A DNA stretch of 64,000 bases from Octopus vulgaris. Taxonomy: Eukaryota. A model generated the notes under the pieces. The model was not told where the DNA came from. It searched no databases and saw only the letters and a program-made list of their open reading frames with translations. Where the stretch lies: assembly GCA_951406725.2 (NCBI GenBank), contig OX597824.1:28148001-28212000 (forward strand), given 5' to 3'. The translations under genes and the position numbers were made by a program. Within the stretch, counting starts at the first letter, position 1, and each line of letters starts with the position of its first letter. Of the stretch, positions 42,390-56,302 are shown one piece after another.

Positions 42390-42685
42390 CCTCTCCGTCT
42401 GTTTGTCAGTCTTTCTCTTTCTGTCTCTCTCTGCTTGTATCTCTCTCTCCACCTCTCCGTCTGTTTTTCAGTCTGTCTTTCTGTCTCTCTCCTTTTTTTT
42501 TTTCTCTCTCTCTCTCTGTTCCTCACTGTTTGTCAGTCTTTCTCTTTCTCTGTCTATCTGTCTCTCTCTCTCTCTTTCTCTGTTCCGCTCGACCTGTTTT
42601 TCAGTCTTTTTTTTTTCTGTCTCCCTCTGTTTGTCTCTCTCTTTGTTCCTCTCTCTTTCTCTCTCTCACTCTCTCCCTATCTTGC
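42063..42685. repeat. CT-rich minisatellite
   Basis: The motif tgtttgtcagtctttctctt recurs about 7 times among (CT)n runs. Confidence 0.85.
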
Positions 42686-43237
42686 TTTGTGTTTCTACTT
42701 GTCCCCCATATGTCAACCGAACAAATGCTCATCAAAGACATTCTTCTCAGAGCGACCCTATCAAATCAAACTGAAACCCATGTACATTAGATACTCACTA
42801 AAACAGACGAATGATTCATAATGACGTATCGAAACCACAGATCATTGGTTAACTCTGGATCAGTTTCGTAAGGCAAGTAATATTACACTATATTTAAACT
42901 ATTGAGTACATTCCTTTCCGATTAATATTTCATAATTCTGTAAAACTACATGTATGTACGTGTGTGTGTGTGTCTGTTAATGTTTGTATATACGGTTGTA
43001 TATATATATATATATATATTGTCTACGCATGCATTTATCTGTGTGTGTCTGTGAGACATCCAGTGTGGGATAAACACGTATATTTATATTAGACAAAGAA
43101 AAATACTCATTTCAAGTTTTATTGACGTATAAATATTTTACGTCCTTGTTTGGCATTTTTTTATTTTGTTTTCCAATGCTTTGACTTGATCTTCGAAACA
43201 TTTAAACATATTTATTGTTGGCATATAAGATTCATGT

Positions 43238-43312
<75 letters not shown>

Positions 43313-44241
43313 CCCGCCTCAATTTCCTTGTTGAAATTGTTCCATATCCAACTTCCTATCTATTACGATAACTATCTCTCACCAACGTTCATTGATAAAG
43401 CGCCGTTGGGAATCAGGCGAGCATTCAATGCATCTCTACAATAGAAATACTCTGCTGAAAAGTCAATGAAAGTCTTATCTTTATCGTTTGGCATTAATGT
43501 CGACGGGTTATCCGTCCAGTTTTTCAATGTAACCCAAGACATCGAGCTATCAAACTAAGGAAATTGCGACGCAAAATGTAATTTCAGTATCATGACAAGA
43601 CTGTCAACTAATTAACCAGATATACTAGAGAGACATAATTACGATCTGGTGGTGGTGGTGGTGGAGATGGGAATGGAAGTGTTGTTGTTCTAGGAAAGTA
43701 GAATGGGTAAATGGGAAGGAGGAGTAGGAGGAGTAGGAGATTCGCAATCGAAATAAGGCACATAGCAAGAATGAAGGCTGTAGAAATATTGGATGCATTG
43801 TAAAAGTTATTTTTGTGTCTGTGTCTGTTTATATTGTGCAAAGACAGAAACTGAGATCACGTGAGAGCCGGACAAATATATTGAGAAGCTGAGGAATGAA
43901 GGAGAGAAATCTAAGAAGAGCAATATAACAGAATAAGTGTAGGGGATACAGTTGGAGAGACTGAAGAAGGAAGTAGAACACACAACAGATCGTGCAAAGT
44001 GAAGGAAAGTATAGTTTATCTTTCATTTCTTTAAGTTACTCGATGGCGCCCATGCTGGGGCACCACCCTGATGGGTTTTTCTTTGAAGGATTGATTCCAG
44101 TATTTAGATTTAGAAACTGTACATACTCTATCGTTCTCTTTTACCGAACCTTGTGATTAGCACAGATAGAGAAACCGATAGGGGTTGCCTAGAGGTAAGG
44201 ATGGACATATATATACATGTATATGTATGTATTTATGTATG

Positions 44242-44277
<36 letters not shown>

Positions 44278-44386
44278 AATAATCTGTTCATTTAGTTTTT
44301 TGTTTTTTCTAATAATTTTATATACAATTGTCTTATATGTATATATATATATATGCGTGCGTGCGTGTGTGTGTGTGTGTGTGTGT

Positions 44387-44645
44387 GAAGGCGCATGACA
44401 TAGTGGTTAGAGCATCGACCTTACGAATTTGAGGTTGCGAGTTCGATTCCCGAACAGGGTTGCGTGTTGTGTTCTTGAGCAAGACACTTTATTTCACGTT
44501 GCTCCAGTTCACTCAGCTGTAGAAATGTGTTGCGACATCACTGCTGCCAAGCTGTATCAGCCTTTGCCTTTCCCTCAGATAACATCGGTGGCGTGAAGAT
44601 GGAAGGCTGGTATGCATGGGCGAATTCTGGTCTCCCATAACTTGT
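44387..44645 (+). mobile_element. tRNA-derived SINE with a CORE-like body
   Basis: Head tagtggttagagca..gagttcgattcc, then tgtgttcttgagcaagacactttatttcacgttgctccagttcactcagctgtagaaatg. Confidence 0.75.
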
Positions 44646-44681
44646 TGATCTTTTGCCAGATTTTGAAACCTACAATATCAC

Positions 44682-44887
<206 letters not shown>

Positions 44888-45094
44888 TGAATGGATCGTT
44901 GACAGATCAGCTTCTCGTACGTTGGCTTCTTTTTTATATACAAAGGACTGCTTATTGTTAAATAGTTATTTGTCAAAGAGTTGTTTGACATTTTCTTTGA
45001 CCTAAGTAAATCTTTAATACGACATTCACATACTGTGGGAGAGTTTTCAAAGTTAAAAAAATTTCTTCGTCATTTTTTATCATTTTCTAAACGA

Positions 45095-45582
45095 CAGTCG
45101 TGGATCAAAGAGAGACCGAGGCTAGGAGGATGACACCGATAGTGCCGCCTTGCTTGCTCTCAAACAAATCTGCTGTTCTAGGCCAAACTTGAGCGACTTC
45201 AATTCCACGTAGGCGTTCTACAGAGGATTAGTGGAGGGAAGGAACGTCGATGTTCTCGGGGAGAATCTGGACGTCGAGAAGGAATATTTGACCCGCCTAT
45301 TCAGGACAACTTTCGGGCCGGGACCTGTGGACAATCACCAGAGATTCCTGGCCTAGCAGTGCAATGGGAAGCATTGTCCGTTCGAGATAAGCTCTACAGG
45401 CACAGTTCGAGATACACCGGACCGACATGCCCGGATGCCGGTCAGAGCGACGAAACCGTTCTGCACACACTCGTGCAGTGTCCAACCATTTTGGACCTGT
45501 GGGCTTAAGTTGAACGGCTGCTGTCATATGTTGGACAAATTCGGTTGACGGCCGAGTCTATCGTGAAAATTGCCCCGCCACC
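45095..45582 (+). mobile_element. Tx1/L1-like LINE fragment with a C-terminal CCHC zinc finger
   Basis: Across frameshifts: ALSVRDKLYRH..CP.(C)GQSDETVLHTLVQCPTILDLWA, matching the zf-RVT pattern CxxC..E...H....C. Confidence 0.75.
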
Positions 45583-45591
45583 TTATTTTAA

Positions 45592-46200
45592 CCGGCAGTG
45601 AGCTGCAGAAATCGTTAGGACACCGGGTGCAATGTATCGCGGCATTTTTTCTGGCCTCGCTTTCAAAGTTCAATTTCCACCAGGCTCGAATTTTCCTTTC
45701 AGGCTTTCAAGGTCAATGGAATTTGTATAAGTGGAGTACTGTCATCGTTCTAATCATTATAGTCACTCCTCGAAATTGCTGGTCTTTTGTTAAAATAAGA
45801 AAGGGTTATTATCATTACTAAGACAGTAAGCTGGTAAAATCTTTATCAAGCCTGAGGCAGTAAACTGGCAGAAACGTTACAGGCCGGGCGAAATGCTTAG
45901 CGGTATTTCGTCAGCCGTTACGTTCTGAGTTCAAATTCCGCTGAGGTCGACTTTGCCTTTCATCCTTTCGGGTTCGATAAATTAAATACCATTTACGCAC
46001 TGGGGTCGATGTAATCGACTTAATCCGTTTGTCTGTCCTTGCTTGTCCCCTCTATGTTTATCCCTTTGTGGGGAATAAAGAAGTGAGAAACGTTAGCACG
46101 CCGAGCGAAATACCCAGACTGTCTTTACGTTCTGAGTTCAAATTCCGTCTAGGTCAGCTTTTTCTTTCATCCTTTCGGGGTTGATAAATCAAGTACCAGT
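45592..46200 (+). mobile_element. Cluster of three family C SINE units of different ages
   Basis: Heads at ~45592, ~45857 and ~46086. Confidence 0.85.
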
Positions 46201-46543
46201 TGGGCAAATTTCTACATCACCAGCTATACCTCTGTGTTGCTGGGGTGTGTGCAGTATTGTGTATTCCTTTCTGTTCTTGGGAGTGCGCAAAATCTTCCTG
46301 GTGTTGTAATATGGTATTTTTTTTTCTCTTGAGGTATGGTAAATTCTTTTGTTGTGTTACTGCTTGTATTATGTGTTGAATATATAATGTGTTGGTTATC
46401 TAGCTTGCTGTTAGAAGTTTATTTCCCTGGATAATTGCTGTATGTAGTGTATCTTATGTTTGTGGGTTGTTTCGTTTAGCTAGTATTATTGAATTGATAG
46501 TGTCTTGTGTAGAATGTGGGCTAATCCTAGTAGGGCTATCATC

Positions 46544-46588
<45 letters not shown>

Positions 46589-47243
46589 GTCATCATCATC
46601 ATGATTATCATTATTATTTTCACATCCACATATACGATAAAAATAAATGCATAGAAGAGAGATAGGTAAACTGCTAACTTGTATCTCTGAAATCATTTAT
46701 ATTTTAAACCGAATGTCTCGAGTATTCCCGTGATACTGGGCATTAAACATGAAAAATATGTTGCCAAATTCATAAGAATAGACTCTGAGCGTATTTGGGG
46801 AGTTACTTGTGATGCCTGAGTTGCCAATTAAACAGGGAATTTGCCTGTTGTAAAGAAAACAGCTAGGGAAAATTGGAAAAGGTGTGAATCTGTACAAAAC
46901 ATAGCATTCCTGAATATTGATGCCTTAGCTTTGCTCGTTACCAAGTGCATTTCTTGGCGTTAGAGCTCTCAAAAAGTGGTAAACTACACAGGTTTTCTTT
47001 CACATTTTTTTATGAATGAAATTAACTGCCACTAACAATTCGATTCATCACTCTACAAAGATAAATATTTTCTTAAACGTTTACAGAAAATAAATTAGCT
47101 TTCTCGTTTAGTTTGTTAACTATCTATTTCCTTTTCCCTCACACTCTCTCCACTCACACACTCTTTCTCTGTATATGTGTGTGTTTGCACATATATATAT
47201 AATTATATATATTCATATTCATTTACACACATACATACACAAA

Positions 47244-47287
<44 letters not shown>

Positions 47288-47319
47288 TGTATGAATTGAG
47301 TACACAAGAGAGATGTAGT

Positions 47320-47792
47320 TCTGAATACGGGTTATGTGCTACACAGAACTGACCGCAATCAAGGAGGAGTCGCGCTCTTCACTAGTGAGGAACTGGCAAC
47401 AAATGTCTTTCTTCCTACTTCAACACGATGTGATGCATTATTAGTGAATGAGATCGACTTCAATTTCCTCATAGGCATTACCTACCATCAAGACCTAGTC
47501 TTTACCACAGATACATACCTACTTCGTAATCTTCAGGCCATTCCAACTGCTATTTCTGACCACAACAGTATACAATTTATTCTTTTATTCTTTTATTTGT
47601 TTCAGTCATTTGACTGCGGCCATGCTGGAGCACCGCCTTAAGTCGAGAAAATCGACCCCAGGATTTATTCTTTGTAAGTCTAGTACTTATTCTATCGGTC
47701 TCTCTTGCCGAACCGCTAAGTTACAGGGACGTAAACACACCAGCATCGGTTGTTAAGCAATGTTGGGGGGATAAACACAGATACAGAAGCAT

Positions 47793-47846
<54 letters not shown>

Positions 47847-48240
47847 GACGTGCTTCTTTCAGTTTCAGTCTACCAAATCCACTCACAAGGCTTTGGTCAG
47901 CACGAGGCTGTAGTAGAAAACACTTGCCCAAGGTGCCAAGCAGTGGGACTGAACACGGAACCGTGTGGTTGGTAAGCAAGCTACTTACCACACAGCCACT
48001 CCTGCGCCTAATGTCTACGTATCGTTCGCAGAGGGCACCACGCGCATATAACCTCAAACATCACTTAGCTCCCATGAACTTGAATTTGAGAGAGGAGAAG
48101 TGAAATGAAGTCGGTAGTGAGATGCTTAAAATAGGTTTCAGCACATTGGCAATCTCAATGTTGACGAGGGAATGAAGCTTCTGTATGATGAGTTAACTAA
48201 TATCTCTCAAAAGCATGCTCCATATAAACACGCCTATTCT
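47320..48240 (+). mobile_element. CR1-like LINE APE-endonuclease fragment interrupted by a SINE
   Basis: ORF 47336: LHRTDRNQGGVALF..DLVFT..ISDHNSIQF (APE motifs GGVA, DLVF, SDH). It resumes after 48010 and ends ..ISQKHAP. Confidence 0.78.
47577..48008 (-). mobile_element. SINE family B, full length
   Basis: Reverse-complement match to 55832-56236. Confidence 0.93.
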
Positions 48241-48331
48241 TGCATAAACTTGATTCCGTGAAACAGACGTAGTATACTAATGCGTAACAAAACCACATTA
48301 ACAAACCAAGCTTTCCCAAAAGATGAGATAG

Positions 48332-48557
48332 TGTTGTGTGGACGCCTTCAGACGATGAAGTAGGCTAGCCCAATACGTAGATATAGAGGGAGAAGTCTAG
48401 ACGTTGGGAGAGGGCAGTTGAGCAGTAGGCATCCGAATGTGCGAAATAACAGTGGCGACGAGGATGAGATGTTCACACAGCCACTGTGTAGTATTGCTAT
48501 AACAGTGGTGACGAGGAGTCGAGTTGAGTAGAGGTCATCCGAACGTGCGACATAACA
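48332..48557 (+). mobile_element. Miniature LTR-like element with two PBS-like motifs
   Basis: Starts TGTTG, ends TAACA, flanks gatag/gatac. taaca-gtgg(c/t)gacgagga occurs at 48447-64 and 48500-17. Confidence 0.55.
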
Positions 48558-48991
48558 GATACCGAAAAAAAAAAGAAAGAAAACTAAAGAACATCGATTT
48601 AGACATTATAATATCTTATCAAAAAGAAACTTCTAAAGGAAACACTGTGCGGTGGATCATATATGGTATCGAATCCTAAGCTTTTCTTTCTACTTTGATA
48701 AACAAAACTCACCTACATATAAACCTATTGGTCCTCTAATGGAACAAAATGGGTCATATAATCCTGGTTCAAAATTACAATAATTCAATTAAAAATGGTT
48801 GTATTCTGCAAATTTGTTACGCAAAACACACGACACCCAATCTGCCAGCTCTCCTATAACTGTATGTTTCCAACAGCAGCATCACTTCCATCAACATCAT
48901 TATCATCATCATCATCGTCATTATCATCATTGTTATCATCATCATCATTGCAACCATCATCATAATCATTATTATCACAATCATCATCATT

Positions 48992-49401
48992 TATTTATTG
49001 CCCACAAAGTGCTAAACATAGAGGGAGCAAACAAGGACAGACAAACGGATTAAGTCGATTATATCGACCGCAGTGCGTAACTGGTACTTATTTAATCGAC
49101 CCCGAAAGGATGAAAGACAAAGTCGACCTCGGCGGATTTTGAACTCAGAACTTAGCAGCAGACGAAATACCTATTTCTTTACTACCTACAAGGGGCTAAA
49201 CACAGAGGGGACAAACAAGGACAGACAAACGGATTAAGTCGATTATATCGACCGCAGTGCGTAACTGGTACTTAATTTATCGACCCCGAATGGATGAAAG
49301 GCAAAGTCGACCTCGGCGGATTTTGAACTCAGAACGTAGCGGCAGACGAAATACCGCTAGGCATTTCGCCCGGCGCGCTAACGATTCTGCCAGCTCGCCG
49401 C
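48992..49401 (-). mobile_element. SINE family C, tandem dimer
   Basis: Same dimer layout as 22968-23410. Confidence 0.9.
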
Positions 49402-49601
49402 TTTACCAAGATAATGTTACATACAGCAACAGATGAATTTATAACGAAAACAGTAAGATGCAATCTATTGTGAAAATGTGTGTTTATGTGTATGTGTGTG
49501 TGAGAGAGTGACAAAAAGAGAAAGAAAGAGAAAGAAAGGAAGAAAGAAAGAAAAGGAGATAATGACACAAAATGATACATAATGACAGACAGATAGAAAG
49601 A

Positions 49602-49651
<50 letters not shown>

Positions 49652-49799
49652 GTGAGAGAGAAAGAAAGAGTGAAAAGAGGAAGAAACAGAGTAGAGACAG
49701 ACAGAAAAACACAGGCCCAAGGAGAAAGAGAGAAAGTGAGAGAGAGTGAGAGAGAGAGAAACGGAGAGGGAGAAGCAGAACGAAGCAGACACAGAGAAA

Positions 49800-49844
<45 letters not shown>

Positions 49845-51562
49845 GGACAGACAGACAGGAAGATAGATAAAATGAAGTGGATAGAGAAAAACGGTGGGGG
49901 GAGGGATAGAGAGAAATGTACACAGAGGGAGAAAGAGACATACAGAATGAAACGTGCATACAGAGAGAAGGAGATAGAGTGAGAAAGCGAGAGACAGACT
50001 GAACCAAAGTGAGAGAGAGAGAGAGACAGAAAAAGAGAGAGACAGAGATGGAGAGAGAAACTTGGTGAGTGAAAGCAAGTACGTGTGTTTGCGAGTGACA
50101 GGTAGATGGAGAAGGAGAACGAAAAGAGAGCGATTGTGAGAAGAAGGTAAAAATGAAATTTTCTTCGCTTCAGGTACACAAAAATTAAACGAATAAATAA
50201 ATAAATAAATAAATAAACTCAAAAGTCGAAAAATAAAACGCAAACAAAAACCCAAGACATTTCAAATTTGTTCAAAATAAAAATAAAAGATTTTTGTTAT
50301 TCACCCTCCCCCACTCCCATTATTGATGGTTTTCGACATCGGAAAAATTATATTAAAAGAAAAACAAAACAATAATATAAAAGGAGATAATTATTTGTTA
50401 ATTTAGAATTTTATACATTTGCTGAGTGTTTTTTTTTTAAATTCTATCTGTATATTTTTTGTGATAATAATGTTTATAATTGCATTTTTAAATGTAGTTC
50501 ATATAATTATTTTTAAGTTAACGTGTTTTTTTTAAATATTTTTTTATTTCATTAATTCTTTGATTTATAAACACATTTTTTTTTTCCATTGGGTTTTTTC
50601 TCATTTTTATTATTAAAACCATTACTACCTTTGTGAAGCAGTAAAGTTAGCGACTTTGATTAATGTTCAAGTCGATATGGTTTCTAAATTATAAAAATGA
50701 TTTTTATACGAATTTGTTTTCGTTGAGCTTTTGTTTGAGAAAACTACGCTATTCTGTCTCTTGAAGAACTCATTGTATTAAATCATTTATAATACATTGA
50801 GAATATTTCATTTTCTATTCTATTCTTTTGCATGAACAAAATAACAATGCATTAGAGGACGCCAATAACAAATGATGTCTAAATATTTAAAAAAGAATTA
50901 TCAAAAACGTAATTCGATATGGAATGTCTCATCTAGTTAAAGTATTCAAGCAATAGGCACATCATAGAGCGTATAGTTTTACTTTTGTTGTACGAAATGA
51001 GTCGAAATGTGCTGTTTAAAAAAAAACACCTTTGAAAAGGGGAAAAAATATCATGGAACGAAATATTGTGATAATAAGCCTCGAATCATGTTCTGTTTTT
51101 TCCCCCCGCAGGGTTCTTTGAAATTTGTCATTGTCACGAAATATTATTGAATCAATTTGAAACATTGCGCAAAGCTGTGACGTCTTTATAATTAATTCTA
51201 GCTTCAGTTATATACACGCCATTTATTTATATTTAAATGCCGAAAATTAAATCAAGGATTAAACGACGAATACAATTATACTTTAGAAATATTTAGAAAT
51301 TAAATACAGGCGCGTGTATGGTTGTATGGCAAGGAAGCTCGTGTATAGTTGTATGGCAAGGAAGCTAGCTTTGCAACCAAATGATTTCAAGTTCAGTACT
51401 AATGCACAGCCTCCTAGTCAAATGTATATTTTTGTACATCCGGACCGAACAATCTCTTGCGAGTGAAATTCGTAGCCCGCTATATACATGTATATTTACA
51501 TATGAATGTTTTTTTTTGTCGTTGTATTTGTGTTTACCCATCCACCCACCCACCACACCAAT

Positions 51563-51785
51563 ACCTATTTCTTTATTGCTCACAAGGGGCTAAACACAGA
51601 GGGGACAGACAATGACAGACAAACAGATTAAGTCGATTATATCGACCCCAGTGCATAACTGGTACTTATTTAATCGACCCCGAATGGATGAAAGGCAAAG
51701 TCGACCTCGGCGAAATTTGAACGGCAGACGAAATACGGCTACGCATTTCACCCGGCATGCTAACGTTTCTGCCAGCTCGCCGCCT
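51563..51785 (-). mobile_element. SINE family C
   Basis: Body and head match the other copies. Confidence 0.88.
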
Positions 51786-52093
51786 TCCACCAACACCAAT
51801 AGCATAACATTTGATAACTAGTGTTGGTTTTTGTTGACGTTCCTGTAGCTGAGTGATTCGGCAAAGAGCCCGATATAATACGTACAACACTTTAAAATAC
51901 TAAGCACTGGATTCGATGTAAGTACTGGGCCGACTGAAACCTTCAGGGTAATATCCAGCGTGATCGCACTCTAAAGAGTGAAACTAGTAACAGGTCAACA
52001 AGAGTAGGAAAAGATAGCCTTATGGAAGAGACTAATATATATATATATTCCTAGTTATGATATGCCGTCGAAAGCGAGCACTAGAAAAGTTAA

Positions 52094-52394
52094 TGTTTGT
52101 TCCTTCTCAAGCATGCCTGGTTCATAGGGCCGGTTTCCCGGTTTTCTTGGCATACAGGTTCCCCACCTGGACGGACGCCGGTCCGTCGTAGGTGAGCTGC
52201 AAGATGAAATAGGAAAGAGTAAGAGAAAGTTGTGGCGAAAGAGTCAGTAGAAGTTCGCCATTACCTTCTGCCGGGGCTGAGTGGAACTTAGGTGTTTTCG
52301 CTTATAAACACACACATCGCGCGGTCCGAGATTCGAATCCGCGTTTCCTCGACCGCGAGTCCGCTGCTCTAACAACTAGGCCATGTGCCTCCAC
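52094..52394 (-). mobile_element. SINE family A (tail variant 3)
   Basis: Reverse-complement match to 37333-37619. Confidence 0.88.
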
Positions 52395-52910
52395 AGAAAA
52401 TTAAATACATAGGAAAAATAGAAGACTGTTAGAAAAGAGGCATTATAACAATTTACATCGTGTCCCATTATACAAAGATTTCACTATTATCTATTTTACC
52501 TTTGATTTACTTCAGACCATTGAAGTACGGCCATGCTGGACCAAAATCTTAAAGTCTTGATGGTAATGAATCGGGTTATTTTGCCGTACCGCTATATAAA
52601 GGGGACGGAATAAAATATTGTGTTCTTGAGTGAAACACTTGATCTTCACGATGCTTCAGACCACACAGTTCTAAATAAATTCCAGCGATAGCGGAGAACT
52701 TAATCCTGCGACGAATCGGCCTCTCCTTTTAGGGCCGGAGCGAGGAATATTCTAATACCAATCATTTCTACGTCATGGAATCCGACTTAACCTCCTTGGT
52801 CATATGTCATGTCGAAAGGAATAAGTCAGTCCACAAATTTCAGAAATTCAGATTTGCGAAACAAATAGGAGACATTTATGCTAATATTTTAATGTCGGCC
52901 TAAATTCGGT

Positions 52911-53308
52911 TTATTCTTTTATTCATTTAGTCGTTTCAGTCATTTGACTGCGGCCATGCTGCAGCACCGCCTTTAGTCGAAGATATCGACCCCAGGATTT
53001 ATACTTTGTAAGCCTTATTACTTATTCTGTCAGTCTGTCGTGGGGAACCGTTAAGTCGCGGGGACGTAAAGCACCAACATCGGGCGTCATGTAATGGGGG
53101 TGGGATGGACACACACACATACATAAAAACACGTGCGCGCGCAAATATATACAGATATATATACAACGGGCTTCTTTTCAGTTTCCCTGTTCCAAATCCA
53201 CTCACAAGTCTTTGGTTGGTCCGATGCTATGATAGAAGACACCGGCCTAAGTTGCACACACAGTAGAAGTGAACTCGGAACCATATGGTTGGGAAGTAAG
53301 GTTCTTGA
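52911..53308 (-). mobile_element. SINE family B (diverged)
   Basis: Body and 3' end match family B. Confidence 0.82.
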
Positions 53309-54114
53309 CAGAGAGTCACGATATTTTTTGTCGCACACAGATTGAAATAGATACAAGGTGAAAGATTAAAGCTAGATAGTATGTCAAATGATGCTGCAAC
53401 ACTTGTAGATATGCTATGGTACACAAAAATGCTAATATACAGGCAACGTTTGTGGAGCGCATTCCTGATAATTGTACTCGGGATAATTTTTTTACCCCCA
53501 AAACTTTTGTTAGAGAGTAACCACTTTATGTTAATCCCCACTGATACTTTGTTTGATTATTTTTTACTAAGGTGTAAATACTTGGGATCTTATGAAATAG
53601 GTTATAGACTAACGGAAGGGTTAAAGTAAGGATAACCCACGTGAGTCTCTACACAATGTATGTAACATTGTGTTCTTAGCCCTTGTTTAAAACGCTTACC
53701 TCATTTGATTGCTAATCATAGTCCGAGGGAATCTGTTAGTTTAGTTGTCATCTCTCTGCTGCTGCTGCTGATGATGATGATGATGACGAGGTTGTTGGTG
53801 ATAATATTGTTATTGATGTCTTATTGATGTATATTTTCACTCAGACCGAATCTAAACAGTCAAAGACATGATATCGTTTCTGCTGTGACAGTCTGGTTTA
53901 ATTTTTCATACTACCTTATATGATATTTCGGAGTAATCCCCTCCAGGTAGCAGATATTTCTTCAATTACAAGGATACATTTTTCAGATATATGAAACATT
54001 TTATTTTCCTCTATTTCAATCACTATACTGCGTCCTTGCTGGCACACAACCTTGTGAGACTATTGCTTAGGAGATGGTACCAAAATGACCTAGAACTTGT
54101 ACTGTAGCAAGCCA

Positions 54115-54771
54115 AGAAACGAGAGGACACGGGTGCGTCACCCCGGAGATGGGGGGGAAAATTTCATCAATTTGTGCATGAGCATTGTCAGAGGGCAATC
54201 AACGACATTGCTAAAGTTGTTGGTCTATTGAATGACTCCGTGCAAGCAATCTTAACGTCTGAATTGAACACGTGGCGTGTCTCTGCCAAATTTGTCCCCT
54301 GCCTGCTGACCACTGAGTAGAAAGAACAACATGTTAGAGTCTGTCAAGATATCTGTGAGTATGTATGCCCCTAGTGACTCATCCTTCATGTCGAGGATCA
54401 TCCTTGATGAAGACAGTTGGTTTTATATGTACGAGCAGCAGTCCTCACAATGGAAGAACAATTCATATACACGACGGTAGAAGGCACGACAGAGTCGCAG
54501 CTCAATCAAGAGCATGCGCATTTGGTGGTGGAGGGGATATCCACGGTATTACTCTTTTACTTGTTTCAGTCATTTGACTGTGGCTATGCTGTGATACCGC
54601 CTTTTACTCGGGCAAATCGACCCCAGGAGTTATTCTTTGTAAGCCTAGTACTTATTCTATCTGTCTCTTTTGCTGAACCGCTAAGTTACGGGGACGTAAA
54701 CACACCAGCATCGGTTGTCAAGCGATGTTGGGGGGACAAACACAGACACACAAACACATACACACACACAC

Positions 54772-54821
<50 letters not shown>

Positions 54822-55460
54822 TTAGGACGGGCTTCTTTCAGTTTCCCTCTATCAAATCCACGCACAAGGGTTTAGTCGGCCCGAGGCTATAGTAGGGGAC
54901 GCCAAAGGTTCCACGCAGTGGGACTGAACCGGGAGCCATGTGGTTCGTAAGCAAGCTACTTACTACACAACCACTCCTACGCCTATGTGCATCAAGAATT
55001 CGTCACCCGGGGCCAGACAGTCAGTCGAGAGTACTACTGCGACGTTTTGAATCGTATGAGGGAGGATATTCGGTGAAACTGACTGGTGCTGTGGTCTCGA
55101 AGTATTGGATTCTTCACAACAATGCAGCCTGTCACCAAGCCCTTCTCACTGATGTGTTTTTCTCGCCGAAAGCAACATGGTATCGCCTCTACACTCGCCT
55201 CATTCGCCAGATGTAGCGCCTGGGGATTTCCATATCGTCCCCAAGGCGAAAATGCAATTCAAAGGTCATCGTTTTAATACCGTTGTCGGCATCAAGAGCC
55301 AAAGGCATAAGGTCCTCGACTCACAGAAAACGACCACCGGGCTGGATTCCAAAAGTGGCAGGAACACTTTTGCAACGTGAATATTTCATAGGAGAGGATG
55401 TTAAAACGTAAGATACTTCTTATGAAACGTAACTAGGCCTTGAACGCTTTCAAACACCTC
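54115..55460 (+). mobile_element. Decayed mariner element interrupted by a SINE
   Basis: VQAILTSELN..VSAKFVPCLLT, DIHGI / VHQEFVTRGQTVSREYYCDVL, WILHNNAACH, HSPHSPDVAPGDFHIVPK. Confidence 0.88.
54551..54983 (-). mobile_element. SINE family B inserted in the mariner
   Basis: Full-length copy that splits the transposase GI|VH codons. Confidence 0.92.
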
Positions 55461-55756
55461 GTGTTCTATTGGTCGCTTTTGAAGTACCGCTACATTACAG
55501 GTAGATAAACAGTCATCAGTTGTCAAACACACGCAGACACACCCACACGCAGACATACACAAATACACACAATTACACATAAACAGATACAAACGCACAC
55601 ACGCACATGATATCCGAACAACAGCCCGACTGACACCGAAAAACAGTTGCAAGTTAATGGAAGTCACTACGGGACATTTTGATTATCCAGTACTATCTCT
55701 TTGTTTATTACATACATACATATACATACACACATACATATATTATATATGTATAC

Positions 55757-55828
<72 letters not shown>

Positions 55829-55831
55829 ATA

Positions 55832-56236
55832 GGCGCAGGAGTGGCTGTGTGGTAAGTAGCTTGTTTACCAACCACATGGTTCCGGGTTCAGTCCCACTGC
55901 GTGGCATCTTGGGCAAGTGTCTTCTGCTATAGCCCCGAGCCAACCAATGCCTTGTGAGTGGATTTGGTAGACGGAAACTGAAAGAAGCCTGTCGTATATA
56001 TGTATGTATATATATGTATGTGTGTGTATGTGTTTGTGTGTCTGTGTTTGTCCCACTAGCATTGCTTGACAACCGATGCTGGTGTGTTTACGTCCCCGTC
56101 ACTTAGCGGTTCGGCAAAAGAGACCGATAGTATAAGTACTGGGTTTACAAAGAATAATCCCGGGGTCGATTTGCTCGACTAAAGGCGGTGTTCCAGCATG
56201 GCCGCAATGACTGAAACAAGTAAAAGAGTAAAGAGT
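55832..56236 (+). mobile_element. SINE family B, full length
   Basis: Head ggcgcaggagtggctgtgtggtaag..gggttcagtccc, internal microsatellite, and tail ccagcatggccgcaatgactgaaacaagtaaaagag. Confidence 0.93.
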
Positions 56237-56255
56237 ATACATATATTATATATGT

Positions 56256-56302
<47 letters not shown>

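Noticed and set aside
48447-48557. CRISPR-like repeat-spacer appearance
   Set aside because: There are only two full repeats, the context is eukaryotic with no cas genes, and the repeat is better explained as an LTR end plus PBS.
50150-51200. Isolated splice-like signals (ATG..CAG|gtacac at ~50153-50175; ccccgcag at ~51111)
   Set aside because: No coherent reading frame or supporting homology.
51313-51366. 27-bp tandem duplication in a SINE B head
   Set aside because: Ordinary local slippage in a decayed copy.
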